DNA of 62,759 nucleotides, the filler included, from Dugesia japonica (lineage: Eukaryota): the NCBI GenBank assembly GCA_001938525.1. It is 5 parts of 5 records of this genome, joined end to end, with 100 filler letters (N's around TTAATTAATTAA, not from the genome) between each part and the next. Parts side by side here need not be neighbours in the genome. Positions count along the whole stretch, not along the records: positions 1 to 14,799 come from MQRL01597883.1; positions 14,900 to 24,467 come from MQRL01555414.1; 3 more parts are not named here. The stretch is one strand, 5' to 3'. The position numbers and the translations under genes were made by a program. Shown here piece by piece: positions 10,288-22,389 of this stretch. The number at the start of each line of letters is the position of its first letter. Within the stretch, counting starts at the first letter, position 1. The notes under the pieces were generated by a model. The model was not told where the DNA came from and ran no database searches. It was given only the letters and a program-made list of their open reading frames with translations.

Positions 10288-12255
10288 TTTTAAGTACGGA
10301 AAATTAACAATTTTAAGAACAAAAATAATTAATATTAATTTACAGCAACAGAATTAATCATCACAACGATTTCTTTGACCTACGGCCTATTATTTCTTCT
10401 ACCCGCTTCTGTAACATAGACCAGGGAAGATGACCAAGGAAATAGCCATTTTCCCTCGTCCTTGCTAGTACGAAGCTTTAACAAAAATTTCCCTATTTTA
10501 TTAACTGCGTTTCAATACTGGCGGAGCCAAGTCGTAAAATAAGCAGGCTTAATCTTATTGGTGAAGTACGTGAAAATGCATTTAAAATGTTACAATTACG
10601 AAATATAATTTGAAAGACATAATATGTAAAAATTATTTCCTCAAAAGAAAAATTTAAAATCTGAATAACAGATTACTAATAATCAATTTTACTTATTTTA
10701 ATCCAATTCTTATTATATTAATTGACAATTTAAATTTAATAAATAACAAAATCTAAACTAAATTCTGAACGAATATTATTTATTGCTTCCAGTTATCAAA
10801 ATAATATATGTTAGTTGGGTTTTTAAAACTCATCGAACCATTAAAATCAGAATTCAAATTCATTACAACGATTTATTAATATAAAAAACTATAACATCAT
10901 TAGTTAATTAAACAAAGAAATTTAAAAATTCATATTCAAAAACGGAAAAATCAAATATTTAATTTTACATTTTATTATATTTAAATTATTTTATTTTTTA
11001 AAAAAATATATTAAATAAGCATCTTTTATTCATTTCATTTAATATTTTATTCTTTTTTAATTATATTTAATTTTCAAAAAATACGTTACAATAGAAATTT
11101 AATTTTATATTTTATTCTTAAAATATATTTGATTTTTTTTACAAAAATAAATTACAATTGAAATTTAATTTTATATTTTATTATATTTAAATTGTATTTG
11201 ATTTTTAAAAAAATATATTAAATAAAAATCTTTTATTCATTTCATTTTATATTTTAAAAAATCCTTAAATTTTAGTAATTTGTTTTATAGTTTTAAATAT
11301 ACTTTTGATTTTACTAAATTCCGTTTTTAAAGATAAAAGTTTAAATCTGTTTTTTTAAAAAACTATCTTATAATATACAAAATAAAAATTAAAAGAAATG
11401 ACAATAATAAGATTACGACTCATTCCACGAAATAGCATATGCAAATATTTGAAAGCGTTTAAGTTCAAAATAATCGAGCTCCTGCACATTTAACTATCTC
11501 ACCATCTTCTCCTTCATTACTTTTCTCGGCCTCATGCGTATGTCGTTTTTCATACAACACTCAAGATGTCGACTTTCCGTTCACAGCTGCATTTAATGAT
11601 GATTTCTCTTAAATAATAATTGTCTCCTTTCTCTCTAGCCCCAATTTATCACTATATTGAGCATTTTCAATAGTAATTTGTTGTTTAGATTAGCAAGTTC
11701 CTCCAACCATCATTTGTCATTTCATCGTTCGCATGCTTCTATAGTAATTTGTCGTTTGATTTAGCCATTTTCAACAATCATTTGTCATTTCATCGTCTTT
11801 TACTATCGTTGGTTCGTTTTCCGATTCATTCGCCACTCACACTTATATCGTTTAAGGGAGCTCGACAACTGAATCTTATGGGCCCACTCAGATCATATAT
11901 TTTAATAGTACTACGTTATTAACATTTCAATTAAAATTGACTTTATAGTGATTCTGTTGTTCTCCTTAAAAGTTAAATTGGTTTTCGTTTGTATTGGTTC
12001 CGGTGGAACAATATCTCTTCAATATTAGTAGTAAGAATAACAAAGTGTTTAATAATTTTTTGGTTGAATAATAACGATTAATTGTCAAATTTGTATTATT
12101 CGAATTATGCAAATTTTAAAAATTTGTGAAATAGAAATTGTAAATGTGTCTTATTTTCTTCAGTAGACTGGTTTTATTACCAGTGCATCTACAATCCACG
12201 CACCGTTGATTAACTATCCAACCCCAATCGAACTTTGCAGAATCAGGCCCTCTGA

Positions 12256-12441
12256 TTAGAATGTCGGGTATTTAATTCTCTCCCTCCTTACTTCGGCAGG
12301 CATTATCCTGCACACCAACTTGTACTTTGCCGTGATTCCTGATATGTGGTCAGCCACCTCATATAACCGTTGGATACTCGGATAGTAGCTGTGGTAAATA
12401 CTTGTCTGAATTAGGGTGGGTAAGTTGTTTTTATCATTCAT
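12256..12441 (-). CDS. Hypothetical 61-aa cassette ORF in copy D
   Basis: ATG-initiated ORF with AATAAA downstream (~12175, minus strand); no recognisable domain. Confidence 0.35.
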   Translation of the reverse strand: MNDKNNLPTLIQTSIYHSYYPSIQRLYEVADHISGITAKYKLVCRIMPAEVRRERIKYPTF

Positions 12442-13639
12442 TTTAGATTTTAATCACCCGATTCAGACAAGGAATGATGACAGGACCAGAATTAATTAAA
12501 ATATTAATAATATGAAACTGAAAATCCTGTTATTCATAATAAATAAAACTGGTCGTAAAGACCCTTCTAATATAATATTATATTATAGTACCTTATTTTT
12601 ATTATTTATTTAATTATTTTTCTCATTTATCGTAAAAGCAATTCTTGTCCATCATATTTAGGTTCTCTACGCTCAAATTGCATTTTCTCGCATTTATATA
12701 ATAATTCCACAATAATTATATCCATAATAATTATATAATAATAATGATAATAATAATAACAATGATCGAATTTCTGGCCCAGTCTTAATAAATTTCTTAA
12801 TTTTCCGCTCATTTTTTATATTTATCCTGCATTATTTTGGAACATTTTATAAAATCTTGTATTCGCAATTTTGGCGTTCTAGCCCAACACAATCATTCAT
12901 GAATAACATTCCAAAATAATGAGCTTTGGAAGTTCCTGAAAGAAATCCATTCAACTAAAAACTATTGGTCATTAACTGACTCAGTTCGACATTAGTTATG
13001 ATTTTATTTGTGTGCAGTAATACAAAAATAAATACATAAAATCCCTCCTAGAAAACTTTCATTCATTTAATCGATTAATATTCAAATTACTCACCAAAAA
13101 TTAATGCACTTTAACAAATAATTCAAACTTCCCGCTATAGGAGAAAAAAACTCCTGCAATCTGATTGGTGCATATTGATCAATTTGGACAGAAAATTTTC
13201 TTCTTGGAAGTAATGGCTCAAATAGACCTGGGTTTCTTTGTGATTTGATAAATTTTTATAATAAAATCATCACGAAACGTGGCTACATTTTTACAAGAAT
13301 TGTTTTGATAATAATAATGTTTGGATTTTAGGCTTTTGACGCTTCATATATTTTAATCGCACTGTCATTTATCATTCCACTGTATATTAAAATTTCACTT
13401 TTACTTCTGTATAGGGGCAAACCTAAAATCTTCAAGTATTTATGACCACTCTGTGCTATGTCTCTTCTTTCAGAGTTCAGCAAGACTTTTTGATATCACT
13501 TCTTGGATTGTTTAGATGTATTGGGCAACCGTAAATACTCTCTGTAATTATTTTATTGTTATTGCAAAATTAATTTGTAGACAAAAACACTCTAGCTTAC
13601 TAACATTACTCAGCCGAAAAATTATTAATTCTAACAACA

Positions 13640-14340
13640 TACATGATAAGGCTAAAAAGTCCTTAGACTCTACCAGAAATATTAAAGATATTTAAATAAA
13701 ATTTTGCCCGTAAAATAATAATTATATATAGGTATGAAAAGTACGATTTCTTTTAATATGCTAATTTTTGTTTGCACTGGATTAAAATAATTCAAAAGAA
13801 AAGTTCAATAATGTTGAATTTCGCAGTGTGATCCGATTTTTACTTATCAAGAGAGCTGGTAAGAAGGAAATTATCAATCAAGGTATTTAGTGAAGAAGCC
13901 CCATCTAAGGCCACCATTTATAACTAGATTCGAGAATTTTCATCTGGTTGAATAAGAGTTTTCAATGCAACCAAATGTGGAAGACCTATGGAAATTAGTG
14001 AAGAAATGACTAAAAATTTGAAATATATTGGGACAAATGAACGAAATATTACTCAAATGCAGCTATCTGAGAGATTAAATGTATGCAAGAGAACCATCAA
14101 GCTACTTCTAAAGCAAATGAGAATCCGAAAGTTGTGGAGCAGGTTCGTGGCAAGACTTTTAACAGCTGAGATGATGACCAGACGCAAAATAGCTTGTGAA
14201 AGGAATTTTCGTCTTGTGGATGTATTCAGACATAATTTTTTGTCTAATATAATAAATACAGACGAGACGCCATTGAGTCTCTACCTTTCTTACTCTAAAA
14301 GAGAATCAAAGGAATAGATTTTCAAAAATGAGCAGCCATC
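13640..14340 (+). mobile_element. Mariner transposase 5' remnant
   Basis: EFRSVIRFLLIK...VFSEEAPSKATIYN...GRP...KLWSRFVARLLT...INTDETPLSLY: mariner HTH, WVP-like linker and first catalytic D; stops and frameshifts; truncated. Confidence 0.85.
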
Positions 14341-14344
14341 CGAG

Positions 14345-14490
14345 GTTTGCTGCAATGCCGATTTTCTTTCCTTTAATTGAATCCTTCTAGTTTCTGATTT
14401 TGTTTGTACAGCTTTTAAATGGAGCACCTCAGTTCTTAATTCCCGCTTCTCTTCCTTCCACTTTCTATGTAAGACTAGTACATTTTTCTT
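14345..14490 (-). pseudogene. Fragment of an ORF-c homologue (copy F)
   Basis: HRKWKEEKRELRTEVLHLKAVQTKSETRRIQLKERKSALQQ resembles copy D NEILRLNGQTLKSSAKYAQLKEKELSLQH. Confidence 0.45.
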
Positions 14491-14799
14491 TATTCAAAAT
14501 GAAATTGAGAATTACAACATGATAATTTTGGGGTTTCCAGCTTTATTTATCACAAAATTTATTCTAACTTTAAATTAAATCTGCTCCACGCTCAGATTAA
14601 AATCCATCTGAGGCTTCTAATATTCTCTAAAATCTCACGCATTTTAACTATTAGGGATATAATTAATTAACTAATTAATTTAAATAATATATGTATTTAT
14701 ATTTATATATGCATTTATATTTGTGTCATAATTCGCATCATAAACTCTTCGGAAGATAATTAATATTCCATCTTATGTAATAATAAGAAATGGAAATTA

Positions 14800-14899
14800 N
14801 NNNNNNNNNNNNNNNNNNNNNNNNNNNNNNNNNNNNNNNNNNNTTAATTAATTAANNNNNNNNNNNNNNNNNNNNNNNNNNNNNNNNNNNNNNNNNNNN
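14800..14899. other. Artificial scaffold linker (44N-TTAATTAATTAA-44N)
   Basis: Exactly 100 bp; TTAATTAATTAA gives stop codons in all six frames. Confidence 0.95.
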
Positions 14900-15989
14900 T
14901 ATCACGGTCAAATACAAATACTTTAGGCACTTTTGCCATGCTGATACCTCATTGGTCAACATTTAAACTTTTGAGAGGGGGGTACAGAAAAATCTGATAA
15001 TTTCAAATATAAATAAAGTAAATCTAAATGATAAAATTTGTAATTTATAAAATATTTAATTAAGTAAGAATTTTTTTTTTAAAATCAAAATATTTAATAA
15101 TTAATTAATTAAAAGTATGGAGAAAATATACAGGACAAATGAATTTTATGCAGAAGCTGATCGAACAATCATGGAATTACTAGGAAATAAACGTTCGGTT
15201 TTTATTTCNNNNNNNNNNNNNNNNNNNNNNNNNNNNNNNNNNNNNNNNNNNNNNNNNNNNNNNNNNNNNNNNNNNNNNNNNNNNNNNNNNNNNNNNNNNN
15301 NNNNNNNNNNNNNNNNNNNNNNNNNNNNNNNNNNNNNNNNNNNNNNNNNNNNNNNNNNNNNNNNNNNNNNNNNNNNNNNNNNNNNNNNNNNNNNNNNNNN
15401 NNNATGTTTAGTGTGTATGATTAGCATATATAAACGAATGTAATTTTGCAAAAATTTGACAAATTGGTCGAAGATTTATCTTTTAAAAATTGATGTATTT
15501 TAGTTTAAAATTAAACTTTGTGGATTTTCGAGTTTGTATTACTGAGGATAAAGATTTTTTAAAGTTGGGTAATCGAGTATTTACGTCTATTCAGTAGACG
15601 CATTTAAATTTAACTTTGTGGAGTCAGCGGAACCCAACAGTAGTAACGCTATCAATTTAGCTAAAAAGTCTGGTTAGATAGTTACTTATCGGCATTATTT
15701 GATGTCAATTAAGCAGTGATATTGTCTGTAGTTGAGGAATGAAATTTTTGGTAACATGACTAATTATCATTATTCGTACTATTATTGCTCTTAGTGTGGC
15801 TATTGATATTAATATTGTTATTATGGTNNNNNNNNNNNNNNNNNNNNNNNNNNNNNNNNNNNNNNNNNNNNNNNNNNNNNNNNNNNNNNNNNNNNNNNNN
15901 NNNNNNNNNNNNNNNNNNNNNNNNNNNNNNNNNNNNNNNNNNNNNNNNNNNNNNNNNNNNNNNNNNNNNNNNNNNNNNNNNNNNNNNNN

Positions 15990-16052
<63 letters not shown>
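15990..16052. repeat. (ATT)n microsatellite
   Basis: Pure ATT run beside a gap; degenerate ATT-rich flanks 15760-16200. Confidence 0.95.
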
Positions 16053-16055
<3 letters not shown>

Positions 16056-16543
16056 AATATTCTTGATGTTATTAATGCGAATATTATGTGGAGATGGATA
16101 GTAGTATTACCACTTATGTTATTATCATGGCTATCATTCTCATTAGGATTATTATTAATATTATTATCGTTATTATGATTACCATTACTGTTATTAATAG
16201 TGACGGTATTAACCGGAATAACATTAGAACATTTAACGTTGATAACCCCTTTATCCTCGTGTTAGTATTAAAATATTTGTCTTGCTGCTGGGCGTAAGGG
16301 TGATGGCATTATAATTGGGGAATAGTATTACCCTTGAACTAATTATAACCATTAATTCTAATCTTAATCTCCACTACAATGCTGTTACGAGCAACCACAT
16401 ATTATTAGGTGACTTTCTGTCAGCATTATCGCCACCACAACAAGTGAAGTCCCCATCATAGTCTCGGAATATAACCCCCAAATCACTAAAACCTTTGAAA
16501 TTCCGTTATTGCATACTAATGCTAAATCTGATTTAGGTATTCT

Positions 16544-16729
16544 ATGTCCGATATCTTGACAAAGACACTCCTGATAATTCATCAAGACCGCGAACGAACT
16601 CGCAGACGCAAATTGATTGGACATCTTATAGCACCAAGCCTTATGATGCATTCCGACGAAACTGATTTAAGTTGCTTCGCAGAGATGTTTCCGTTTCCAA
16701 CGAAAGTAGACATAAATGAGGAATGGTGA
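16544..16729 (+). CDS. Cassette ORF-a, copy B (intact, 61 aa)
   Basis: Acceptor ATTTAG at 16536; ...HSDETDLSCFAEMFPFP; AATAAA at 16759. Confidence 0.7.
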   Translation: MSDILTKTLLIIHQDRERTRRRKLIGHLIAPSLMMHSDETDLSCFAEMFPFPTKVDINEEW

Positions 16730-16853
16730 CCTTTTCGACAATGCAATTTGTTTAGTTAAATAAAAAAATAAGCCTGAGTAAATCTCTAATTCAATTTTTT
16801 CGTATATTGATGTATAGACTAGCACCTTAAATTAAATCAATTTTGTGTTACAG

Positions 16854-17205
16854 GATTGAATTCATTTGGGAGAGAATTATAGACAGGCGAACCCGCCATA
16901 TCATCTTTCGACGGTATAGGAATCCGCATAACCGTGACGCGGGTATTTTGTCTGATCGATTAACCTACCCCCAGTCGAGGCCATGGTAGCCAGAATACAG
17001 GACTTTAGTGAGCAACAAAATTACCAAAGCTGAACGGGGCCTGACCGGAGCCTCGTGACTTCATTCCATTACCAATCTCCAACCCCACCACAAGCGGTGC
17101 AGACGTTTATTAACAACTTACCATGGGGGGTAAGAGAACCATCTGGTGCTGAGGATTCTGAGAATACCGCACCCGTAATTGACTCGGCACCCACCCAATA
17201 GTGAT
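16854..17205 (+). pseudogene. Cassette ORF-b, copy B (disrupted)
   Basis: Acceptor TTACAG at 16853; IEFIWERIIDRRTRHIIFRRYRNPHNRDAGILSD; AATAAA at 17225. Confidence 0.6.
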
Positions 17206-17401
17206 CCATCTTATTTTTAGTTTCAATAAAATATAAAGTTGTTTTCCAGACTCATAACAAAATCTCTTTCTTGTAAAAGTATTCTCGTTTTAAGGATAAA
17301 AGTAATGGCGGATGAATGTTCACTGGGTAACATCAGGTGTAAGTGGTCGATGCAATTCACCAAATCTTTGTATAGTATTTTATGAATTTCGTTTATTCTA
17401 G

Positions 17402-17758
17402 TGCACTCATCATTGAATCGCGCTACGGCCCCAACCAAGAAAATGAGAGCTTTCAGTGATGAAACTGAAATCACTTGGGATCTCCATAGGTTGGCCAAGC
17501 GACGTTGGGAAGCTGATGTTGCATTCATTGATGCCAAAGTTCGGCGCTTTAAAGAAGTGCCTGGCCTTTAAAGTCGAAGCCGAGGCATCCCATTAGCAAG
17601 AAAGGGTTTGGAAAGCCCAATTGGAATCCCTTACCCTCATTTTCCGGTCCTACCAAGACCGAGAGAATAAACTGGTCGGTGAAATTATGAATTTAAGAAA
17701 AATCATGCCACTGACACCACTTATGGTGGACAAGGGAGTCCAGACCTCTCGTCTGTAA
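17402..17758 (+). pseudogene. Cassette ORF-c, copy B (one frameshift, one stop)
   Basis: Acceptor TTCTAG at 17401, then TG CAC; HSSLNRATAPTKKMRAFSDETEITWDLHRLAKRRWEAD...QERVWKAQLES...DRENKLVGEIMNLRK. Confidence 0.7.
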
Positions 17759-17882
17759 ACCTTGTTTAAAAACGGTTTAATTAAATTTTCTTTTGTGTTC
17801 ATTTTCGTCTAAATTGTTCTCACCTTACATTTAATTAACATCATAAATGAAAAATGAATGTCATTAGTGTCCTTTTATTTAG

Positions 17883-18199
17883 TACCTCAAATTATTTTTC
17901 CTAATAGCCTACGACGATGTCACAGAATAATGCGCCGTCTTTTAGTAGAGAGGCACCTTAAACGAAAAGCAGACAGGGCACTCTTTAAGCATCTTGACCG
18001 GCGAAACAAACTCATAAAAAATCTCGATCTGATTGTTAAAACACAGAGCGAACTGGCTGTTCAAACCAAAGCTCTCGAAAACGAAACTAAGCAATTGCTC
18101 CAACGAAAAATAGATTTTTTAAAGCAATACATTTCAGATCTCTCTCGCCAACTTGGCAACCGATCCAGCCCAGTAATTAGGCCCTGGCGCTTTGGATGA
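17883..18199 (+). CDS. Cassette ORF-d, copy B (open, ~105 aa)
   Basis: Acceptor ATTTAG at 17882; PQIIFPNSLRRCHRIMRRLLVERHLKRKADRALFKHLDRRNKLIK...YISDLSRQLGN. Confidence 0.7.
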
Positions 18200-19139
18200 G
18201 ATATAAATGTTATAATAATAGACGTTTTAAAATGATGTCTTGTTTGAGTTATTTAAGGGAAAATAATGAACCCAAATTAAAGGTGTACGAGTGTGCACCT
18301 CCCAAAAAGTAGGAGGTCAACCACTCTACGCTGAATACCAAAACTAGTGGCTTTAGGTCAAATTCTTGAAAGGGTCCCCTGAGGGCTGTTTTTTCCCCAG
18401 CCAACCGTATTTCGATACCCAATTCAGGTGGAATCTCAACAAATGTTATTATTAAATATCAGAAAATATTGTTTTGAAATTTAAAATTTTTTTGCGATGT
18501 AATTTTTACATAATAATTTGTTTAAAAGATGACGTCATAATGTGCATAAGTGATCAGGAAAAGTTTCCAGTAATCAAAAGTGCACCGCGACTTCAGGAGG
18601 GTTAGGAAACATTGTTATAGACATATTATTTGTCAATTTAGTAGTAAATAATTGCATTTTATGGATAACCTATTTTTAAATTAAATTTAAATGGATTCAA
18701 TTAAAACAATAAAATAGATATAAAAAATTGGTTTTAAAGCACTAAATCTGATGTTATAGATGCAAATAATTTTATATATGCAAAATTAACCATAAATGTA
18801 TGTATGTGTGTATGGTTTAAGGATATCTCTTGTATACACCAACTCTTCTGTTTAGCTCGTTTTTAAACTATTATTCTTCTCTTCCAAAGGATTTTAACGT
18901 CGTTTGATGTCAAAACTGACTTCTTTACGCCATACACTATCCACCTTTTCATAAGACTTAATTTTTGAGCTTATAAATCCAGATATAGTCATTTTTGTCA
19001 ATTTAATTTGATTTATTTGTGTTGCGTAAAACTTAATAAAAAATCAAATAAGTCAAAAAATGTATTTACGCAATTTCAAATCGATCAGTTCGTCCATAAT
19101 CAGAATAGTTAAAAGAAATCCCAATCATTTTATATATAA

Positions 19140-19457
19140 GACACCCTCATAATCTCAAGATAACTCAAGTCCATAATCAGCCAAATGCGTTGGTAAACGT
19201 GTCGTCCGTTCTGGTAGCACTCACCTATGAGTTGTTGAAACTTTTACTTCATAATCGTCTCACATGGAGTTATCGTAAACTTCATCTTCACTCTCCGTCT
19301 CTCTATCTTGCTTGTATCCCACGTTTGCCTCTCTTAGACAAGCACAGCTTTATATTGAAACTTCCGAATATGGGATACGTGTCTTGATACACCACACATT
19401 CTGTTAAACTTCGTATGTCTTCTTATCCCACTCCTTATTAAAGACACACTACTATTT
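19140..19457 (-). mobile_element. Possible 3' end of an LTR-retrotransposon pol (integrase tail)
   Basis: Decayed frame ending ...LPERTTRLPTHLADY, the RxxRxPxxLxDY pattern typical of Gypsy pol C-termini. Confidence 0.3.
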
Positions 19458-19544
19458 NNNNNNNNNNNNNNNNNNNNNNNNNNNNNNNNNNNNNNNNNNN
19501 NNNNNNNNNNNNNNNNNGGAACTTTTATGACCACCTTCAGCGGC

Positions 19545-20877
19545 AATCAAGAATCTCGTTTTATTGAACTAATGTAGCATTTTATAAGAATTCACATCAC
19601 CACGTCCTCTATGAATTCCAATAGACTTACCCAAACTGGAGAATAATAGTTATGATTGATCGGATGTTCTCTTTTGTAGTTTAAAGCTGTCTTGCAATTT
19701 TGCCTGATATGAACAACATCGTCACATCATACCCTTTGCATGGCGCCAAGCTCTTTGCTGGCTGATTCCTTAACTTCTTCTGATACATTGCACATCACTT
19801 TTATCTTCATACGAAAGATTCTTCCATGTGTCATATGGTGATCCTATGGTGAACCCTATTTATAGCAAAATGTCTGCTCTAGTACTCCTCGCACTATTCC
19901 ATCTGGTTGCAATGTTTCAATTTAATCAATGCTTAGGTATTCCTAATGCAAGCTACTCTTTTGCTAACGCCAAATTGGCAGTAGTACTATGCTTAAAATG
20001 TTCAGCCAATATTCAGTATGCAGTTCCTGAATTTCAGGCTCACCAAGGCCTGTTTGGACAACAAATTGCAATGTATGTGCACTTTATAAAACACAACCAT
20101 GTTTTACAATTCTTTTCTTCAAGAAGTAGTTGTTTCATTCTTGTGACATTTCTTGCATTATCATGAACAACTACACAAATTATTTCTCTTGTAAATTCAT
20201 ACTCGCCAACTACAACTGAGAAGATATGGTTTGCGAGGTTTTCTGTTGAATGCTTTTCATCAACGCTCCTGGTCGGCAAAACACATAATCTCATTTTCCA
20301 TTCTTCATAAATAAAATGTGCAGAAATCGTAAAAAGCATACAGGAAAAACCAAAAACGGTATAAAAGAAGATACAGTTATCTAGATTTAAACAAATGCTT
20401 TCATGCTGTAGCTTGTCCAGGAATCTAGAGCTAAGGCTATTGCTTCACAAGTGTTAATTATACCTTTCTTTTTTTCTTTTGCAGTAGCAGTATTACTTGT
20501 CTTACATGTGTATGAAAAAGCAGTTTGTAGCAAGGCTCTAAAAATTGAATTAGATCTCTGAAACCAGCACCATTTACAGTGTAAAGAGGTCTCAAATCTT
20601 GAACGATAAAGTTAACTATATGATCTGTAATCCTGGAGGCCCGATTTTCAGTAAACCTTAACTTGTAGAAATTCTGTAACTTTGGGTTGCTGGGAATTTT
20701 TTTATTAGTAGTTACTGATGCACATTGAAGAGAGTGTACATTTCTGAAATGATTATGGAGATTTGTTGTGCCACCATGAAAGGCAAACTCTTTCACACAT
20801 AATAAACCTTGACAGATTTTTATCCACTCGAGTATCTTCATAAACTTTCATACCTCACTAAATGTAGATAATGACAT
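19545..20877 (-). mobile_element. hAT (ZBED-type) transposase pseudogene
   Basis: BED finger C..LC...GGTTNLHNHFRNVH, DLRPLYTVNGAGFRDLIQFLEPCYK, TISAHFI..EWKM, HSTENLA, VVHDNARNV, ATRWNS; multiple frameshifts. Confidence 0.9.
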
Positions 20878-21830
20878 TGGACAGGCTTTTTATTTATAAT
20901 GAATAGGCGGTGTAAGATAAACACAAAATCATTATACTGTAATAACTTTTTTTTTTGATAGGCGAGAAAAAGAAAAAACACACGGAAGAAAATTGTGTTA
21001 ACCAATCTTTATTTGTATAGATCTTTTATGGAAGTTATGATTAACTGATGAATAAAGATAACTAATAAACTGTAAATCTATTCAAACAAGTAACTAGAAA
21101 TAACATGGCTATTTTCCTTACTCACAACCACATGCTAATGCAATTATTTTATAATTGCCACCAAACAGTCACTATACTTCGTATATTAATAAACTTCATT
21201 TAAATAATATTTTAATATGTTATCGATTGTTTTTAAAATTTCTGCAAATGCTAGATTCTTGGGACGAAGCTTTGTTTCAGCCCCAAAAGAATACATTATT
21301 CAACAAGCTATATTAGATTTTTTAGTAGAATAAGAATAGTTATTTAAAGACGATAAATCCAACAACTGCTTGTTTATTTTTAATTGTATTTCCTTTAACA
21401 CATTAATTTCAAAAGCATTTTAAACGTTATAATTTAAAGAATTTGTAAAAATTCAGTTTTTATGTTCCAAATATCAGGATTTTTCTAAAGTCAGCAAATC
21501 ACAAAATGCCCAAAAAATAAAGGTAAAGAATCTTGCTTTATCAAAGCAAACATAAAAGGATGATCACAAAGAAACTCAATTGGATCATTTGGCATCAGGA
21601 ATATACATTGATGCCTCATCCCTANNNNNNNNNNNNNNNNNNNNNNNNNNNNNNNNNNNNNNNNNNNNNNNNNNNNNNNNNNNNNNNNNNNNNNNNNNNN
21701 NNNNNNNNNNNNNNNNNNNNNNNNNNNNNNNNNNNNNNNNNNNNNNNNNNNNNNNNNNNNNNNNNNNNNNNNNNNNNNNNNNNNNNNNNNNNNNNNNNNN
21801 NNNNNNNNNNNNNNNNNNNNNNNNNNNNNN

Positions 21831-22389
21831 AAATGTTTTATTAATTATTACAAGTTGTTGTTAACTAAAATTTGATGTGGAAAAATTTGCGATTTTTTAA
21901 AATTCAAATGTTCAATGTCTTAAAAAAAATCAAAATTACAAAATGAACCATGAATTTAATTTTGAACAAATAATGTTGAAAAATGAAAAACAAACTTATC
22001 GTAGACCGGTTCATCTATTNNNNNNNNNNNNNNNNNNNNNNNNNNNNNNNNNNNNNNNNNNNNNNNNNNTATTTATATTTCAATTTATAATTAAAATCGA
22101 AATAACACGTGTTTCAGCACAGAAGCATACGGTTTAGAAGCATACGAAAATTACTGAAACTAAATTATTAGTTAAAGCAAAATTTACATAATCTTCCATA
22201 AATGTTTTATTAATTATTACAAGTTGTTGTTAACTAAAATTTGATGTGGAAAAATTTGCGATTTTTTAAAATTCAAATGTTCAATGTCTTAAAAAAAATC
22301 AAAATTACAAAATNAACCATGAATTTAATTTTGAACAAATAATGTTGAAAAATGAAAAACAAACTTATCGTAGACCGGTTCATCTATTA
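21831..22389. repeat. Near-identical ~190-bp direct duplication (21831-22019 and 22201-22389) next to gaps
   Basis: Identical text apart from an N; flanked by N runs, so probably assembly redundancy. Confidence 0.8.

Larger units (their letters stand above)
7710..13639 (-). mobile_element. Copy D, divergent member of the multi-cassette element family (ends tentative)
   Basis: Candidate ends TGTTGGG at 7710 and CAACA at 13635-13639; minus-strand CCAAT (~13165) and a short leader ending at a GTGAGT donor (~13094); several small ORF cassettes including a DREN homologue; 10800-10970 is homologous to 36190-36350. Confidence 0.5.
16500..18441 (+). mobile_element. Copy B of the multi-cassette element (5' end not resolved)
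   Basis: ORFs a, b, c, d in the same order as copy A, the conserved 3' block (GAACCCAAA..AAAGGTGTA.GAGTGTG..GGAGGTCAACCACTCTA..AAATTCTTGAA) and the end ...ATCTCAACA at 18441. Confidence 0.75.

Noticed and set aside
15785-16297. Poly-Tyr/Leu/Ile hydrophobic ORFs
   Set aside because: Translations of (ATT)n microsatellite and its degenerate flanks.
17223-17537. 104-aa minus-strand ORF in copy B
   Set aside because: Antisense shadow of ORF-c plus spacer; not conserved as an open frame in copy A.
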